Below are positions 1-11,537 of a stretch of 64,000 bases of DNA, one piece after another. The number at the start of each line of letters is the position of its first letter. The first letter of the stretch is position 1. The DNA is from Escherichia coli. Its GTDB lineage: Bacteria; Pseudomonadota; Gammaproteobacteria; Enterobacterales; Enterobacteriaceae. Made by a program: the position numbers and the translations under genes. Location: the NCBI RefSeq assembly GCF_003334405.1, contig NZ_QOWM01000002.1; one strand, 5' to 3'. A model generated the notes under the pieces. It did not search any database, was not told where the DNA came from, and worked only from the letters and a program-made list of their open reading frames with translations.

Positions 1-1268
1 GCGAAGTAACAAATATTGACGCGATTTTCGATATTCTCCGGCTGGTTCAGTGCCAGTACGTTCAGCGGAGTGTTGCTCTTCAGCAACTCTTCAACGTTAT
101 TTTTCAGCAACGGACCGACCACAATACTCGCGCCATCCTGCTGAACCTGGCTTAAGATCTGGCTAAGTGGTTGTGATGAGGTATCGTAGATTTTCAGCTC
201 TGCGGATGGATTTGCGGGTGCGCTTACCGCTGCGGTGCTTGTCGCCGGGGCGCTTACAGGCACCGGCTGGGCTGCAGGCTGTTCACCGGTCAGATCGCTA
301 ACCGAGGCTTGTGCCGGGCTGGCAACGCCATCCACGGTTTGCGGCTGAGGTTGTTCAGCTACGTCTGCGGCAGGTGCGGCAGCTACCTGAGCTGCCACTG
401 GCTGAGTGCCGATATTTTTCGCCGCTTCAAAGCCTTGCTGAATAGTGCGACCAAATACCGCTGCCTGGCCATTCAGTGGCAACAGCAGGGCGATTTTGTT
501 GGTCGAGGCTGGTTTAAACGCTTTTACGTTAACCAACTGCGTTGGCAGCATTTTCGCGCCCGGATTGTTCGGATAACGTTTCTGCCAGTCGGCGATCCCG
601 GCTTTCATCATGTCGGGATCGTTACGGTTATCAAACCAGACGCGCTGCAGATCCAGCCAGCCTTGCAGAATATTTTCGTCGGCGTTGATCACCAGCGTAT
701 TCGCCTGTTCCTGAGTCATGGAGGAGAGCGCCTGCCAGGTGGCATCAATATTCTGCTGTTTTTCTTTCGCGCCAAGCAGCGGTTCCTGAGCAATTAACGC
801 GCGCAGTAAATCAATGGAAGGACGCCCCTGGCTGGCATCGATTTTTGCCTGCCAGTAACGCGCTTGCTGGTTTTGTTCTAAATCGGCAGGTGTGATTTTC
901 GCCAGCAAGTTTTGCGCGCCAGCAAAATCTTTCTGCGCCAGTTTAATCTCTACCGCCAGCAGTGTTTTCTCGCGACGCTGAGCATCGTTCAGTTCTTGCG
1001 GTAGTTGGTTAAACAACTCAACCGCCTGCCCGGTTTTACCTTCTTTCACCAGTGCACGAATGGCGAGTAATTGCCAGTTGATCCTGGTATCATCAGAGCT
1101 TTGCTGCATCTGCTGAAGATAAAAGGCAGAATCAGCCTGCGCCGTGCCCTGCATATAAGCAGTGGACTGATCGGGAGTATGGGTGCCACAACCGGCGAAA
1201 ATCAGGGCTGCCAGAACAACAGGCAGACAACGCGCGGCTTTCAAACGAGAAAATGTTGAGGGTACCAT
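1..1268 (-). CDS. lpoA: Outer-membrane lipoprotein activator of PBP1A, LpoA (N-terminal part; C-terminus lies beyond the window start)
   Basis: Minus-strand reading from ATG at 1268..1266 gives MVPSTFSRLKAARCLPVVLAALIFAGCG..., a lipoprotein signal/lipobox, continuing in frame to position 1. Divergent from rsmI as in E. coli. Confidence 0.9.
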   Translation of the reverse strand, partial: MVPSTFSRLKAARCLPVVLAALIFAGCGTHTPDQSTAYMQGTAQADSAFYLQQMQQSSDDTRINWQLLAIRALVKEGKTGQAVELFNQLPQELNDAQRREKTLLAVEIKLAQKDFAGAQNLLAKITPADLEQNQQARYWQAKIDASQGRPSIDLLRALIAQEPLLGAKEKQQNIDATWQALSSMTQEQANTLVINADENILQGWLDLQRVWFDNRNDPDMMKAGIADWQKRYPNNPGAKMLPTQLVNVKAFKPASTNKIALLLPLNGQAAVFGRTIQQGFEAAKNIGTQPVAAQVAAAPAADVAEQPQPQTVDGVASPAQASVSDLTGEQPAAQPVPVSAPATSTAAVSAPANPSAELKIYDTSSQPLSQILSQVQQDGASIVVGPLLKNNVEELLKSNTPLNVLALNQPENIENRVNICYF

Positions 1269-1332
1269 AATGTATCCAGTGATATTTTTTTTACGCAATG
1301 CTCAATATTAAATCGGCAATACGGACGACACA

Positions 1333-2193
1333 ATGAAACAACACCAATCGGCGGATAATTCTCAGGGCCAGCTTTACATTGTACCGACGCCAATCGGCAA
1401 TCTGGCGGATATCACCCAGCGTGCGTTAGAGGTATTACAGGCCGTTGATCTGATTGCCGCCGAGGATACTCGTCACACCGGTTTATTGCTGCAACATTTT
1501 GGGATTAATGCCCGGTTGTTTGCGCTGCACGACCATAACGAACAACAAAAAGCTGAAACGCTGCTGGCGAAGCTGCAAGAGGGGCAAAACATTGCGCTGG
1601 TTTCCGATGCCGGAACGCCGCTAATTAACGATCCTGGCTACCATCTGGTGCGTACCTGCCGTGAAGCGGGGATCCGCGTGGTGCCGCTACCCGGGCCGTG
1701 TGCTGCTATCACTGCGTTAAGCGCAGCGGGTTTACCCTCTGACCGTTTCTGTTACGAAGGCTTTTTACCTGCCAAATCAAAAGGCCGCCGTGATGCGCTA
1801 AAAGCCATTGAAGCGGAGCCGCGCACGCTGATTTTTTATGAATCTACCCACCGTCTGTTAGATAGCCTGGAAGATATCGTTGCGGTATTAGGCGAATCCC
1901 GCTACGTGGTTCTGGCGCGTGAGCTGACCAAAACCTGGGAAACCATTCACGGCGCGCCCGTTGGCGAGCTGCTGGCGTGGGTAAAGGAAGATGAAAACCG
2001 TCGCAAAGGCGAAATGGTGCTGATTGTCGAAGGTCATAAAGCACAGGAAGAAGACTTACCCGCCGATGCCCTGCGCACGCTGGCGCTGCTACAGGCAGAA
2101 CTGCCGCTGAAAAAAGCGGCGGCGCTGGCCGCAGAAATTCACGGCGTGAAGAAAAATGCGCTGTATAAGTATGCGCTGGAGCAGCAGGGGTAA
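1333..2193 (+). CDS. rsmI: 16S rRNA 2-prime-O-ribose C1402 methyltransferase RsmI
   Basis: 286-aa [38 protein letters not shown]..., tetrapyrrole-methylase-like fold; ATG start confirmed. Confidence 0.95.
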
Positions 2194-2203
2194 CAGTGCC
2201 GAA

Positions 2204-2237
2204 GCGTTGCGTTAATCAAAACGCAACGTCTTCTTTT
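2204..2237 (+). terminator. Intrinsic terminator after rsmI
   Basis: Inverted repeat cgttgcgtt / aacgcaacg followed by tcttctttt on the plus strand; overlaps the convergent yraK stop. Confidence 0.5.
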
Positions 2238-3327
2238 ACCGCACGATGACGGTAATGGTGGCTGTGCCCTGAAATTTTCCTGTTTCCAGCTCACCACCGA
2301 CCAGATTAACTGGCCAGGCGCGCATATTGACGGTGCCATGCCCGGAAGGATCAACGGGAAGGATACCGTTCTGAAAAGGAATATTTGCAACTCCGCCGCC
2401 GAGATTTTCAATACGAATACCGACATCGGGCACATTGTCTGAACTTCTTCGCCTGGCGACCAGGTTGTACTGGTCTACTACCCCAGTTGTACCGTCGATG
2501 CGCATTTGCAACGAGTTTTTAATCTTTGAAGTATCACCACAGTCATAAGTGATATCAAAGTCTACTGGAGTAAAACCGTCTGGCATGGCATTGCGGGTGG
2601 TAAACTTCTGACCATTGATGAATCCAAAATTAACCTTAATAACATCGCCCTGATTAATTTTGCACGACTGTGGGGCGGTGAGATTTCCCTGAATCGATAA
2701 CTTGACTAAATCATGGAAGTCACCTGTAGACGGGCTTCCCATTCCATCGACCCACGCGCCTTTAATGACGGCAATATCCGTTTTCGGAATGGTCATCGAG
2801 CCGAGAAATGGCTTGGTGACATACAGGGTAAAGGTGGTGTTCGCACCAATATTAACGGGTCCATAACGAGACGTATCACCCTGGCAAACACCCGTTTGGG
2901 TTGCAGCAGAATATACCGTGTTGTTTTTTATCTGTGTGAATCGGGTGTTAACAGAGACAACCTGGTCGGTTGTGAGTCCTGGAATGTCGTTTGCCTGTAA
3001 TGTGGTTTTAATATCCAGGCTGTCATTGAGTTTGTAATATCCTGTCTGATGTCCAGTGGTGGTAAGTACGGGGCTGACCATATAGACAAGTTTAACTGCC
3101 TTACCCGCAGAGCAGGAACAGGCGTATTGCCAGTTAGTGCTACTTAGCGTTGCAGAGGTAAACTCCCGTCCTGTCACGTTATCTGTCTGGTTCACCGTAA
3201 CATCATCAACCACACTGCTGTAATTTGTCGCACCGCTAGTGCTGTCGGCTCCACACCCTCCTGAGGAGGCATAAGCGCAGGATGTGGATATCAACAAAAG
3301 ACCTGTTATAAGAGGCGCTCTTTTCAT
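2236..3327 (-). CDS. yraK: Fimbrial adhesin-like protein (chaperone-usher pilus tip/minor subunit)
   Basis: Track ORF 2236..3585 trimmed to internal ATG at 3327, giving MKRAPLITGLLLISTSCAYA (signal peptide), 363 aa; last gene of the yraHIJK operon. Confidence 0.8.
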   Translation of the reverse strand: MKRAPLITGLLLISTSCAYASSGGCGADSTSGATNYSSVVDDVTVNQTDNVTGREFTSATLSSTNWQYACSCSAGKAVKLVYMVSPVLTTTGHQTGYYKLNDSLDIKTTLQANDIPGLTTDQVVSVNTRFTQIKNNTVYSAATQTGVCQGDTSRYGPVNIGANTTFTLYVTKPFLGSMTIPKTDIAVIKGAWVDGMGSPSTGDFHDLVKLSIQGNLTAPQSCKINQGDVIKVNFGFINGQKFTTRNAMPDGFTPVDFDITYDCGDTSKIKNSLQMRIDGTTGVVDQYNLVARRRSSDNVPDVGIRIENLGGGVANIPFQNGILPVDPSGHGTVNMRAWPVNLVGGELETGKFQGTATITVIVR

Positions 3328-3337
3328 TTTTTTATCC

Positions 3338-5854
3338 TTAATGGCACTGCGCTGTGCCTTGTAATACAGAGGTTGTAGGTTCTGAATCCGGTGTACTGAA
3401 AGCAAACTGACATTGTTGATCTGCCTGATTTCCCCAGCGTACAGTCCAGCTTTGTGATTTACTCGATATCCCAGAGAGATATAGTATGCCGCCCTCATCG
3501 ACGATACTTTGTTGCCCTGTATCATCGTTGCTGGCAAGAGCGCCAAAGGGCAACGGTTTACCGTTGCGATCGCTGACTGTAACAAGTACGCGATAACCGA
3601 TATTGGCGTTGAAACGCGCCGCTACCATTGCACCTCTGTTGGGCACCACAAACTGTGTTGTTTGTTCAAGATCGACGTTATCGGGCAGCTGCGTAGTATC
3701 TACCGAGAGACGGTTTTCCTGATAAGTTGTGAGATAAGGAACCACTGCATAGCCAAAAGGATCGGTAGCAATCCCCGGATAGTTTTGTATCCTCACGCCA
3801 GATGCTCCGTTAGCATCGATAAGCGCAAAAGCGTTGCCCAGATATTGCGAGAGCGTCACGCCATGAGGATGGATAACCACGCCGCCGGTAACGCCGTAAT
3901 TGTATTGGCTGCTGTCATTACCGTAGCTGTATCCGGCACTGAAGGTGCCATAAGGTGAACGGTAACTGGCGTTCAGGCTACTGTTATGGTTGTTATCGTC
4001 ATCCAGACTTTGTTCCAGGCTATAGCTCAGGCGACCATCATCCAGCAGTGAGCCATCAAGACGCATTTCATGTTGGGTTGGGCGATCTTTCTGGCTGGTC
4101 ATCTGATAGGAAACCCGGCTACGCGGTAACCAGCGTTCTAACGGAATACTGAGATTCAAAGAGAGTGCGCGGTCATTATTTTGATCAGTGTAGCGGCTGT
4201 ATTGATAATTCAGGCTGTAACCAACTCCCCATTGCTGGCCGGAAACCCCAACAGAGATATTCCTGTTTTTATCGTTATTGCCCCAATAGTCTTGCTGCGA
4301 ACCGGAGGCATACAGACTTACCCCATCAAATATTGTCTGGCTGATGTTGAATTGAATTTCACTTTTTTGGCGACTGTTATAGTCCCAATTGCGGGTATTG
4401 GCTTCATTAAAACTAAAATAGCCATCGTTGGTATAGCGATAGTAGCTGACAGCGATATTGGTGTTGGTTTCCGGGATATCTTTGATGTACTGCGTACGCC
4501 ATTGATAGCCATGAAAAGAGTGCTGGTTATCGAATTGGGTGTCAGCTCTGTTGATATCCATCGACAACGCGCCCAGTGCGCCAAGTGTGCCGCCGATACC
4601 GATCCCCAGCGCATAATAATCTTCAGAACCGAGCAGGCCGCCATACAGCGTAAAAGTATTATTCAAACCATATATTGCCGTGGCTTCAGCAAATTCGGGT
4701 TCCTTGCTATCACTGTTTGCATCAGCGCGATAGCGTCCAGCGGTCGCGCTATACTTTAGATGCCCAGGTCGCTGCATCATGGGTAATGAAGAATAAGGCT
4801 GGATAAAGCGACGTTGTGTACCGTCACTTTCTTCAATCGTGACTTCTAAATCGCCGCTGTTGGAAGAGGGGTAGAGATCGTTAATTTCAAAGGCACCCGC
4901 TGACACGTTGCTTTGATAGATCACATAACCATTTTGCCTGATAGTCACGATTGCACTACTGTTTGCGATACCGCGTACCGTTGGGGCAAATCCGCGCTGG
5001 CTGTTTGGCAACATATTATCGTCGGAAGCGAGTTGCACGCCAGTAAAGGTGTAGCTGGAAAAAATACTGCCGCTGGTGGCGCTTTCTCCCAGAAGCAACT
5101 GAGACTTCAACGCCTTGATATCACGTTGTAAATAACTACTGATGGTATTCCAGCTTGATGTCTGATCGTTGCGTGTCCATGTGGAATAGTTGCGTAATCG
5201 CCAGGGGCCAAAATTAGCACCATTTTGCATATTCAGGTACTGTCGTTGGCTACGATTGCCCTGGCGGTAACGGTTATCAGAACCTGTAAACGAGTAGTTG
5301 GTAAACAGCGTTGGTATACCATCGTCCCAACGAGAAGGGGAGACGTAACCTCTTGCATCACGGTACAGTGCAATTTGGGGAATGCTCAAATTAAGTTGCT
5401 GATGATTGAAATCAAATTCAGCAGCTGTACCGGGAATGATTTGTTCAAGCGAGTTGATCACGCTATCGTCATCTTTTTCAGCCAGCGCCGGGATTTCATC
5501 CACCTTAATACCCAGCTCACGTAGTTGTTCTACCGTAAACTGTGGCTGCAGAAGTTGCTCTGCATTGGCGGTAAATGTAATTTTTTTCTGTGAAACCTTC
5601 TTTTTATTCAGCCAGATATCAACCTGATAAGTTCCTGGTAGTTGTGCATATTTTTTTGAAAAACGCGACAGATCGGTTGTTTGCATACCACTTTTTGTGG
5701 TTTCCAGCATAATGGGGTCGAAATAATACTCTTCGGCGTTAGCGGTAGTGCAAAGCATGCCGCTGCCAGTGAGCACCATCGGCAAACAACGTTTGATGAT
5801 GAGCGCCAACTGTTTCGGTGTGCGTTTATGTCCCTGGTGGTGTCGTTGTGGCAT
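3338..5854 (-). CDS. yraJ: Fimbrial outer-membrane usher protein
   Basis: Track ORF trimmed to internal ATG at 5854 (MPQRHHQGHKRTPKQLALIIKRCLPMVLTGSGMLCTTANA...), about 838 aa, usher-sized, between chaperone and adhesin genes. Start choice is an inference. Confidence 0.85.
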   Translation of the reverse strand: MPQRHHQGHKRTPKQLALIIKRCLPMVLTGSGMLCTTANAEEYYFDPIMLETTKSGMQTTDLSRFSKKYAQLPGTYQVDIWLNKKKVSQKKITFTANAEQLLQPQFTVEQLRELGIKVDEIPALAEKDDDSVINSLEQIIPGTAAEFDFNHQQLNLSIPQIALYRDARGYVSPSRWDDGIPTLFTNYSFTGSDNRYRQGNRSQRQYLNMQNGANFGPWRLRNYSTWTRNDQTSSWNTISSYLQRDIKALKSQLLLGESATSGSIFSSYTFTGVQLASDDNMLPNSQRGFAPTVRGIANSSAIVTIRQNGYVIYQSNVSAGAFEINDLYPSSNSGDLEVTIEESDGTQRRFIQPYSSLPMMQRPGHLKYSATAGRYRADANSDSKEPEFAEATAIYGLNNTFTLYGGLLGSEDYYALGIGIGGTLGALGALSMDINRADTQFDNQHSFHGYQWRTQYIKDIPETNTNIAVSYYRYTNDGYFSFNEANTRNWDYNSRQKSEIQFNISQTIFDGVSLYASGSQQDYWGNNDKNRNISVGVSGQQWGVGYSLNYQYSRYTDQNNDRALSLNLSIPLERWLPRSRVSYQMTSQKDRPTQHEMRLDGSLLDDGRLSYSLEQSLDDDNNHNSSLNASYRSPYGTFSAGYSYGNDSSQYNYGVTGGVVIHPHGVTLSQYLGNAFALIDANGASGVRIQNYPGIATDPFGYAVVPYLTTYQENRLSVDTTQLPDNVDLEQTTQFVVPNRGAMVAARFNANIGYRVLVTVSDRNGKPLPFGALASNDDTGQQSIVDEGGILYLSGISSKSQSWTVRWGNQADQQCQFAFSTPDSEPTTSVLQGTAQCH

Positions 5855-5882
5855 TCCCTGATGACCTGTGTTTTTATATTTT

Positions 5883-6578
5883 TTATTGCAGTGGACGAGT
5901 TTCTGTCCCGGAACTGCCGCCATAATCATTGATCGCAGCCCATTTCACGTTCTTTCCGCCAGATGCAGGAAGTGGTAACTGTTTATGTTCTCCGGGCGCG
6001 ATATATTCAATTTTGCTTGTGAGATCGGTTTTATCGACTGCCAGTCCGGCAAATACGACGTAATATTCAGTTGGGTTATATATATTGAGTGAATGGTCAC
6101 TACGTTTAAATTCCAGTGATTTCCACGCATCGTTTACCCGTCCCTTCAGGTGTGCGGGGCGATAAAACATTTTGATCCGTGTTTTAAATACCAGCGTCAA
6201 CTCGTTAGCATTAACATCATCTGATTTTTTCTTTGCTGGAATGGCACGAACATTAATGTAGAACAGCGACTCTTTATTTTCAGGCAGGTTATCAGCTGTT
6301 TTAATAATTCGCAGTGATGAGTCATCGCCAGCCTCAAGACGAAATAGCGGTGGGGTTATAATAAATGGGGCACGGCTTTTACCATCTATATTATCTACCC
6401 ATGATTGCAGTAAATAAGGCGTTTCTGCGCCTTTGTTTGCGACAGGTAACGCAGCCTCTTTGCGGCTGGCATCATAGATCACTCGCGTTCGCTGTAAAAC
6501 GATTCCTCCTGCAAGCGCCTGGCCAATACAGAAGCTACACAACAAGGTTAATATCACCGCGAATGTTCGTTTTGACAT
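5883..6578 (-). CDS. yraI: Periplasmic fimbrial chaperone (PapD-like)
   Basis: 231-aa [39 protein letters not shown]..., signal peptide plus chaperone-like N-terminus; ATG start confirmed. Confidence 0.85.
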
Positions 6579-6657
6579 AGTTATTTTTCAACCTGATACA
6601 ACGAGAAAGAGGAAGGAAAAGGGCGTTATCTGACAGGTCAGATAACGCCCTAACGTA

Positions 6658-7242
6658 TTAACGGTAATCCAGCGTTACGTTAACGATAGCGTCTGCTTCC
6701 CCTGGGGTGATTTCTGATGGAACTACGGTTGATACGTAGTAAGCGATGAGGTCAACATTGACAATACCATTGGATTCCGCCGGGATCTGATAAACCGTGT
6801 TATCATTGCCCATAGCATTCAGTGGCATAATGTTTCCGCTTTCCGCATCGTCAATACGGATACCCACACCTGTTGCCGCTATGCCAGCAAAAGAGCCTAC
6901 TTTTGCCAGATTAGGGAAGTTAGGGACGGTGCCATTATCTCGCGTTTCCAGCCATAGACGGAAAGACGCTTCAACGTTGCCGTTATCGTGCTCCCACCCA
7001 GTCATTGGGCAGTTAACTAAAGGAATAGTGAATGGAATTTTTGGGCTACGCTCGCCAATATTACGAAACTGTTCGGCATTATAGTGACCAAGAGCAACTT
7101 CAATTTTCTTATCAGAGTCATTGATTTCACAAGCGGATTTTAAAATCTCGCCATCAAAAACTATTTCACCATCGGTTGCAGCGGCATTACCTGCGAAAAG
7201 CGCAAGTAAGCCCGCAATAGCTGTTTTTGTAACTTTATTCAT
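6658..7242 (-). CDS. yraH: Fimbrial major subunit-like protein
   Basis: 194-aa ORF MNKVTKTAIAGLLALFAGNAAATDGEIVFDGEI...; first gene of the operon, preceded by a roughly 400-bp AT-rich region. Confidence 0.85.
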   Translation of the reverse strand: MNKVTKTAIAGLLALFAGNAAATDGEIVFDGEILKSACEINDSDKKIEVALGHYNAEQFRNIGERSPKIPFTIPLVNCPMTGWEHDNGNVEASFRLWLETRDNGTVPNFPNLAKVGSFAGIAATGVGIRIDDAESGNIMPLNAMGNDNTVYQIPAESNGIVNVDLIAYYVSTVVPSEITPGEADAIVNVTLDYR

Positions 7243-7642
7243 ATATAACCTTATCCTTGTAACAAGTACATAATCATATTTAATGTGAATATATGTTCAA
7301 CATCTTTAAAGATTATACAGGCAGAAATATTTCATTGAACATTAAATAGACTGAACTTTAAGATTATATTTATATGCAAATATTTGATATTTTCATTATA
7401 TTGATATCAATTTTCTATGTATTCAAAAGAGTATAAATGCCTGACTTTGCTGCGCCAGGGGGCGAGTCAGAATACGAGGTGATTTATTAATAGAACAAGT
7501 TATATGTATATCTAAAATTAAATTGTTGAACATAACTCCTTTTGCTATCGGCGTTATGTTCAACCCAGTCAAATGTTATTTAATATAATGCGTGACTGTT
7601 ACATAAGTTAATTTAAACATTTTGAGCAAATTTTTCATCTGG

Positions 7643-8398
7643 TTAGGTGTTAATTAAACAAATAAAGTTACTGTGCAGCCATAAAAATGAAGCCGGGATA
7701 GCGGTAGAGACTTTAGCCGTGAGAAAACGATCTGTCGCATCCTGCTTTCCTTCGCCAGTCACCAGTAACAAAACTTCGCGGGCATTGAGAATATCCTTCA
7801 GGCCTAAGGTGATCCCACGAGTCACGGGGCGACCCGCGGTTTTTAACATCTCATGTTGCTGTGTTCTGGCATCAAGTTGACTGATATGGCAGGCCGGTTG
7901 CAGGCTTTCTCCCGGTTCGTTCAGCCCAAGATGACCGTTTTTCCCCAATCCGAGAACGCATAAATCCAGACCGCCTTTGCGCGCAATCAGGTTCGTTACC
8001 CGTTCGCACTCTGTCTCATTTATCTCTTCGGAGCGAAAGCTGATGAGCTGGTCTTCACGTAGCCCCAGCGGCTGCACGATATGCTGTTGCAGGAAAGTTT
8101 CGCAGGTGCCTGGCATCGTTAATGGCAGATCCACCCATTCGTCGAGCTTCACGAAGGTGAGCTGGCTGACATCAACCTGCTGCTGGTGGATTTTTTCTAC
8201 CAGATAATGATACGTCAGTAATGGCGTGGCTCCGGTCGCCAGGCAAATCACGGCATTCGGTTTGCTACGGATCACGGCCAATAAATATTCGCTGGCACGT
8301 TCACTTAACGCCGTATAGTTTTCAACTTGCTGAAGGGTTTGCACAGGATGAAATTCCTTAAGTAAAGAGGCACCACCAGACGCAGTGCCTCGTTCCAT
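7643..8398 (-). CDS. agaI: Galactosamine-6-phosphate deaminase/isomerase (NagB family)
   Basis: 251-aa ORF with NagB-like motifs (…ICLATGATP…, …GLGKNGHLGLNEPG…); last gene of the aga locus. Confidence 0.85.
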   Translation of the reverse strand: MERGTASGGASLLKEFHPVQTLQQVENYTALSERASEYLLAVIRSKPNAVICLATGATPLLTYHYLVEKIHQQQVDVSQLTFVKLDEWVDLPLTMPGTCETFLQQHIVQPLGLREDQLISFRSEEINETECERVTNLIARKGGLDLCVLGLGKNGHLGLNEPGESLQPACHISQLDARTQQHEMLKTAGRPVTRGITLGLKDILNAREVLLLVTGEGKQDATDRFLTAKVSTAIPASFLWLHSNFICLINT

Positions 8399-9190
8399 TT
8401 ACAAAATGCCGAATGCGGAACAAACAATAGAGAGCATAAAAGTCACGCCGATTAACAGCACCGGATGCGCTTTTTTCACCCGCAGGAAGTAATACATCAG
8501 CAGGGTGTAGGCCATCGGTAAAATGTTCGGGAAGACTTTATCGAAGAAATCCTGCTGCAGCGCAACGCTGTGGGTATTGTCGATGGCAAACGATGTCACC
8601 ACGTTAATATGCACATACGAAGCGATCAGCCCGCCGATTACCGTGATCCCGAGGATGGTTGCCGAACGGGCAATCATCTGCGAGTTCTCTCGCACTTTAT
8701 CGATCGCCTTCACGCCGACTGAATAACCGACGTGGGTCCAGCCGACGCGCAGGAAAAAGATAAGCAGGTAAACGGCGAAAAATAGAATCGGCCCCAGCAG
8801 GTTTCCCTGGCTGGCAAATGATGAGCAAATTCCCGCCATAATCGGCAACAAAGTAAACCAGAAAATCGCATCGCCAATCCCGGCGATTGGGCCAAACAGT
8901 GCCACTTTGAGGCCTTTAATGGTGTCGCGGTTTTCTCCTTTTTCTTCCATCGAAATTAATAACCCCATCAGGAATCCGACCAGATTCGGGTGGGTATTAA
9001 TAAATTCGAGGTTATCTTTCATCGCCGCGCTTAAGCCCGGTTTGTCGTCCTTATAAATCTTTTTCAGGATCGGCAACATCGCCCAGGTAAAACCGCCCGC
9101 CTGCATCCTTTCGTAGTTAAAGCTCGCTTGCAGCAGCGACGAACGAAAGCCCAGACGGGTGATATCTTTTTTACTGATTTCAGATCCCAT
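8399..9190 (-). CDS. agaD: PTS galactosamine-specific EIID component
   Basis: Track ORF trimmed to internal ATG at 9190 (MGSEISKKDITRLGFRSSLLQASFNYERMQAGGF...), 263 aa, mannose-family IID signature; overlaps agaC end by 11 nt. Confidence 0.85.
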   Translation of the reverse strand: MGSEISKKDITRLGFRSSLLQASFNYERMQAGGFTWAMLPILKKIYKDDKPGLSAAMKDNLEFINTHPNLVGFLMGLLISMEEKGENRDTIKGLKVALFGPIAGIGDAIFWFTLLPIMAGICSSFASQGNLLGPILFFAVYLLIFFLRVGWTHVGYSVGVKAIDKVRENSQMIARSATILGITVIGGLIASYVHINVVTSFAIDNTHSVALQQDFFDKVFPNILPMAYTLLMYYFLRVKKAHPVLLIGVTFMLSIVCSAFGIL

Positions 9191-9983
9191 TGCTGTAGTC
9201 CTCTTCTTCATTTTTACTGGCAACGGGCTGCGGTTGCGCTTGCTGCCGGGATTTCGCATTGAAAAACTCATACACCGCAAAGCCTGCGCCCAGTACGGCA
9301 ACCGGCAACAGGTTGCTGACCTGGATGTAGCAAACAAACAGGAAACCGGCGATCAGGTAAGGGATATATTGCGCTTTGAACATTACGCGCAGCAGCAAGC
9401 CAAAACCAACGGCAGGCAGAATACCGCCAGCCACTTCAAAGCCGTGGGTCAGCCAGGCGGGCATCGCTTTCACCAGCGCCTGCATCGCCCCCTGTGCCAG
9501 GTAAGTACAGAGGAAAGCAATCACCGCATACGCTGAAGCGACGATGAGCATCGTTGTCCAGTTAAGCCGGGAAAACGCTGCCGTATCCGCCTCTTTCGCG
9601 CATTTATCGGCTTTGGTCATAAATAATGAGAAAGCGGAATAGAAGAACAGAATGACGTACTGCATTAACAAACTAAACGGCAGGCCAAGACCAATTGCTG
9701 TTTTGGCATCAACGCCCGTAGACCATGCAATGACGGTGGTCATCAGACCCGCCATAATCGGGTTGGGCGGCTGAACACCACCTGCAGGGGTTAATCCGGC
9801 GAAAGCCAACTCTGTCAGACCACCGGTAATTAAGCCAGTCTGAATATCACCGAGAATAGCGCCAGTTAGGGTACAAACGATTATCGGGCGGAATAAAAAT
9901 AAGGCTTCCAGCCAAAAATCAATCCCCAGAACAAAAACTAACGCCGCCAGGGATAATCCCTGAAGTAGGGTTATTTCATGCAT
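9180..9983 (-). CDS. agaC: PTS galactosamine-specific EIIC component
   Basis: 267-aa hydrophobic ORF MHEITLLQGLSLAALVFVLGIDFWLEALF..., mannose-family IIC; ATG confirmed. Confidence 0.85.
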   Translation of the reverse strand: MHEITLLQGLSLAALVFVLGIDFWLEALFLFRPIIVCTLTGAILGDIQTGLITGGLTELAFAGLTPAGGVQPPNPIMAGLMTTVIAWSTGVDAKTAIGLGLPFSLLMQYVILFFYSAFSLFMTKADKCAKEADTAAFSRLNWTTMLIVASAYAVIAFLCTYLAQGAMQALVKAMPAWLTHGFEVAGGILPAVGFGLLLRVMFKAQYIPYLIAGFLFVCYIQVSNLLPVAVLGAGFAVYEFFNAKSRQQAQPQPVASKNEEEDYSNGI

Positions 9984-10021
9984 TTTTATTACCTCAAACC
10001 AATATTAAGGCGATTTTAGAT

Positions 10022-10498
10022 TTAGTCAGGGATTTGTTCTTTTTGATCGCCAGGGACGTCCTGAATGAAAACATTCACGCCACGTTGTTTAATAAAACGT
10101 AAGTCCGTGAGATCCTGGTCATCGACATAAACTTTACTGCTGATTTGCTTTTTCCCTTCCGAGAAATGCATATTGCCGACGTTGACATCTTTCAGGTCAA
10201 TACCACCTTCTACCAATTTACGTACCGTTTGTGGCGTACGGCAAATCAGGAAGATCTTCTGATGTGGTGCAGCTTTGCCGATGACGTTAATGGTTTTTTC
10301 GATAGTAAAGAAACGAATGCCAAAGCCGTAGGTTTCCGCGGTAATACCCATTAATTTCTGTTGAATATCATCGTTAGCGACAACATCATCCACGACTACC
10401 AGCAGATTTGCACCGATGGTGGATGTCCAGGTCACGCCAACCTGACCGTGAACCAGACGGTTATCAATACGGGTTAAGAGAATATTTGGACTGGTCAT
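10022..10498 (-). CDS. agaB: PTS galactosamine-specific EIIB component
   Basis: 158-aa ORF MTSPNILLTRIDNRLVHGQVGVTWTSTIGANLLVVVDD..., mannose-family IIB with the phosphorylatable His motif. Confidence 0.85.
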   Translation of the reverse strand: MTSPNILLTRIDNRLVHGQVGVTWTSTIGANLLVVVDDVVANDDIQQKLMGITAETYGFGIRFFTIEKTINVIGKAAPHQKIFLICRTPQTVRKLVEGGIDLKDVNVGNMHFSEGKKQISSKVYVDDQDLTDLRFIKQRGVNVFIQDVPGDQKEQIPD

Positions 10499-10664
10499 TG
10501 TGTAATCCTCACCATAAAGTTGAATAATATAATTTTTTTAAATATATTATTGTTGCGATATTGTAGTGATGTATTTATTAAGGTTTAGTTATCTCCTTTT
10601 CCATTAAGGCACTCCCCGATATTAATCGGGAAGTACATTGGGATAAATCATAAAAAACTAATGA

Positions 10665-11537
<873 letters not shown>

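Noticed and set aside
309-797. Plus-strand 162-aa ORF at the window start, and similar long antisense ORFs elsewhere (e.g. 4181..4759, 33510..34088, 35591..36367, 50620..51519, 52482..53306, 61234..62028)
   Set aside because: All lie fully inside, and antisense to or out of frame with, strongly supported genes (lpoA, yraJ, tdcD, tdcE, exuT, uxaC, rlmG); typical shadow ORFs of GC-rich coding sequence.
8399-9337. N-terminally extended ORF-track models (agaD 312 aa; likewise yraK 449 aa, yraJ 863 aa, exuT 472 aa, uxaC 491 aa, tdcF 150 aa, yqjF 160 aa, yqjE 157 aa)
   Set aside because: The extensions run into upstream genes or lack ribosome-binding sites, and several track starts are GTG/TTG; internal ATG starts give products matching the expected family lengths and signal peptides, so the shorter models were reported.
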